Of a stretch of DNA of 16,047 bases, positions 15,482 through 16,047 are shown one piece after another; the stretch's first letter is position 1, and every line of letters starts with the position of its first letter. The stretch comes from Acidobacteriota bacterium. GTDB lineage: Bacteria > Acidobacteriota > Thermoanaerobaculia > Multivoradales > UBA5704. A program made the position numbers and the translations under genes. The stretch spans positions 1-16,047 of the forward strand of contig JBDTZG010000093.1 in NCBI GenBank assembly GCA_040005235.1, read 5' to 3'. The notes under the pieces were generated by a model. It did not search any database. It saw only the letters and a program-made list of their open reading frames with translations, and was not told where the DNA came from.

Positions 15482-15690
15482 GCGACCTCGCGTTGGGTTT
15501 CATAGAGCAGAGTGAGGTTCAGCCCCTGAACGTGACAACAGAAGATAACGACCAACCCCAGGTACGAAAGCGCCACCGAACCGAGCGCTTCCTCGCAACC
15601 GAAGGCCTTTTAATATGCTGGTAGGTAGTCTGGCGCGACCTTCGGAAGTTTGCAAGCGCTTTCGGCGCAGATGCTTCTAGCCTCTGGCGC

Positions 15691-16047
15691 ATGGCTGATG
15701 CGCCCCCCTCGATCTCGAATCCCCAGCTCCCTGTGGACTCCCCTCTCGCGGCGCGCCCCCCTCGCCCGGCCGCCCACCCGGACTTCCGGTCGATCGTCGC
15801 CGAGTGCATGGCCCGCGGCGATCAGGCTCTCGCGCAGTCGGACCTTGCCGCCGCAGCACGCCATTACGCCACGGCCGGGGTGACCTACCGGTTCCTCGGC
15901 GCGGCCGATCTCGCGGCAACCGCCTTTCTCGAGCTGGCGGCGGCGCATCTGGCCCTCGGCCAGCGGGACCGTTTTGCTGCCGTCGCCGCAACCCTCCGCG
16001 GGCTCCGGCAGCCCGGCACCCCCGAGGGAATCCTGTTCGTCCGGGTC
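15691..16047 (+). CDS. Partial TPR-like helical protein, running off the right edge and absent from the ORF track
   Basis: ATG 15691 opens 119 stop-free codons: MADAPPSISNPQLPVDSPLAARPPRPAAHPDFRSIVAECMARGDQALAQSDLAAAARHYATAGVTYRFLGAADLAATAFLELAAAHLALGQRDRFAAVAATLRGLRQPGTPEGILFVRV. GC3-biased codons. TAGCCT 7 nt upstream may indicate a leaderless start. Confidence 0.7.
   Translation, partial: MADAPPSISNPQLPVDSPLAARPPRPAAHPDFRSIVAECMARGDQALAQSDLAAAARHYATAGVTYRFLGAADLAATAFLELAAAHLALGQRDRFAAVAATLRGLRQPGTPEGILFVRV

Overview
GC-rich bacterial window. The gene content and style suggest a diderm such as Acidobacteriota/Thermoanaerobaculia, which is inference only. A housekeeping core on the minus strand (mfd, two parvulin/SurA-like foldases, a DOPA-decarboxylase-type aromatic amino acid decarboxylase) sits back-to-back with a membrane protein and a secreted DUF2961/GH172-like gene. 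Accessory regions lie on both sides. Left: a truncated 21-bp tandem array of near-palindromic units in front of a small helical protein gene, an RHH-like protein, a protein with a Cys/His motif, and a probably leaderless vapBC module. Right, the most notable part: a short XRE regulator, a secreted 104-aa pro-peptide with three GCS[VL][DE]PVG[GR]C cores, a 497-aa XRE-HTH+TPR protein, and an ORF missing from the track that resembles that protein's C-terminal TPR. This layout recalls an RRNPP/arbitrium-like peptide signalling cassette, but with multi-core, potentially disulfide-looped peptides. That function is a hypothesis, not demonstrated.
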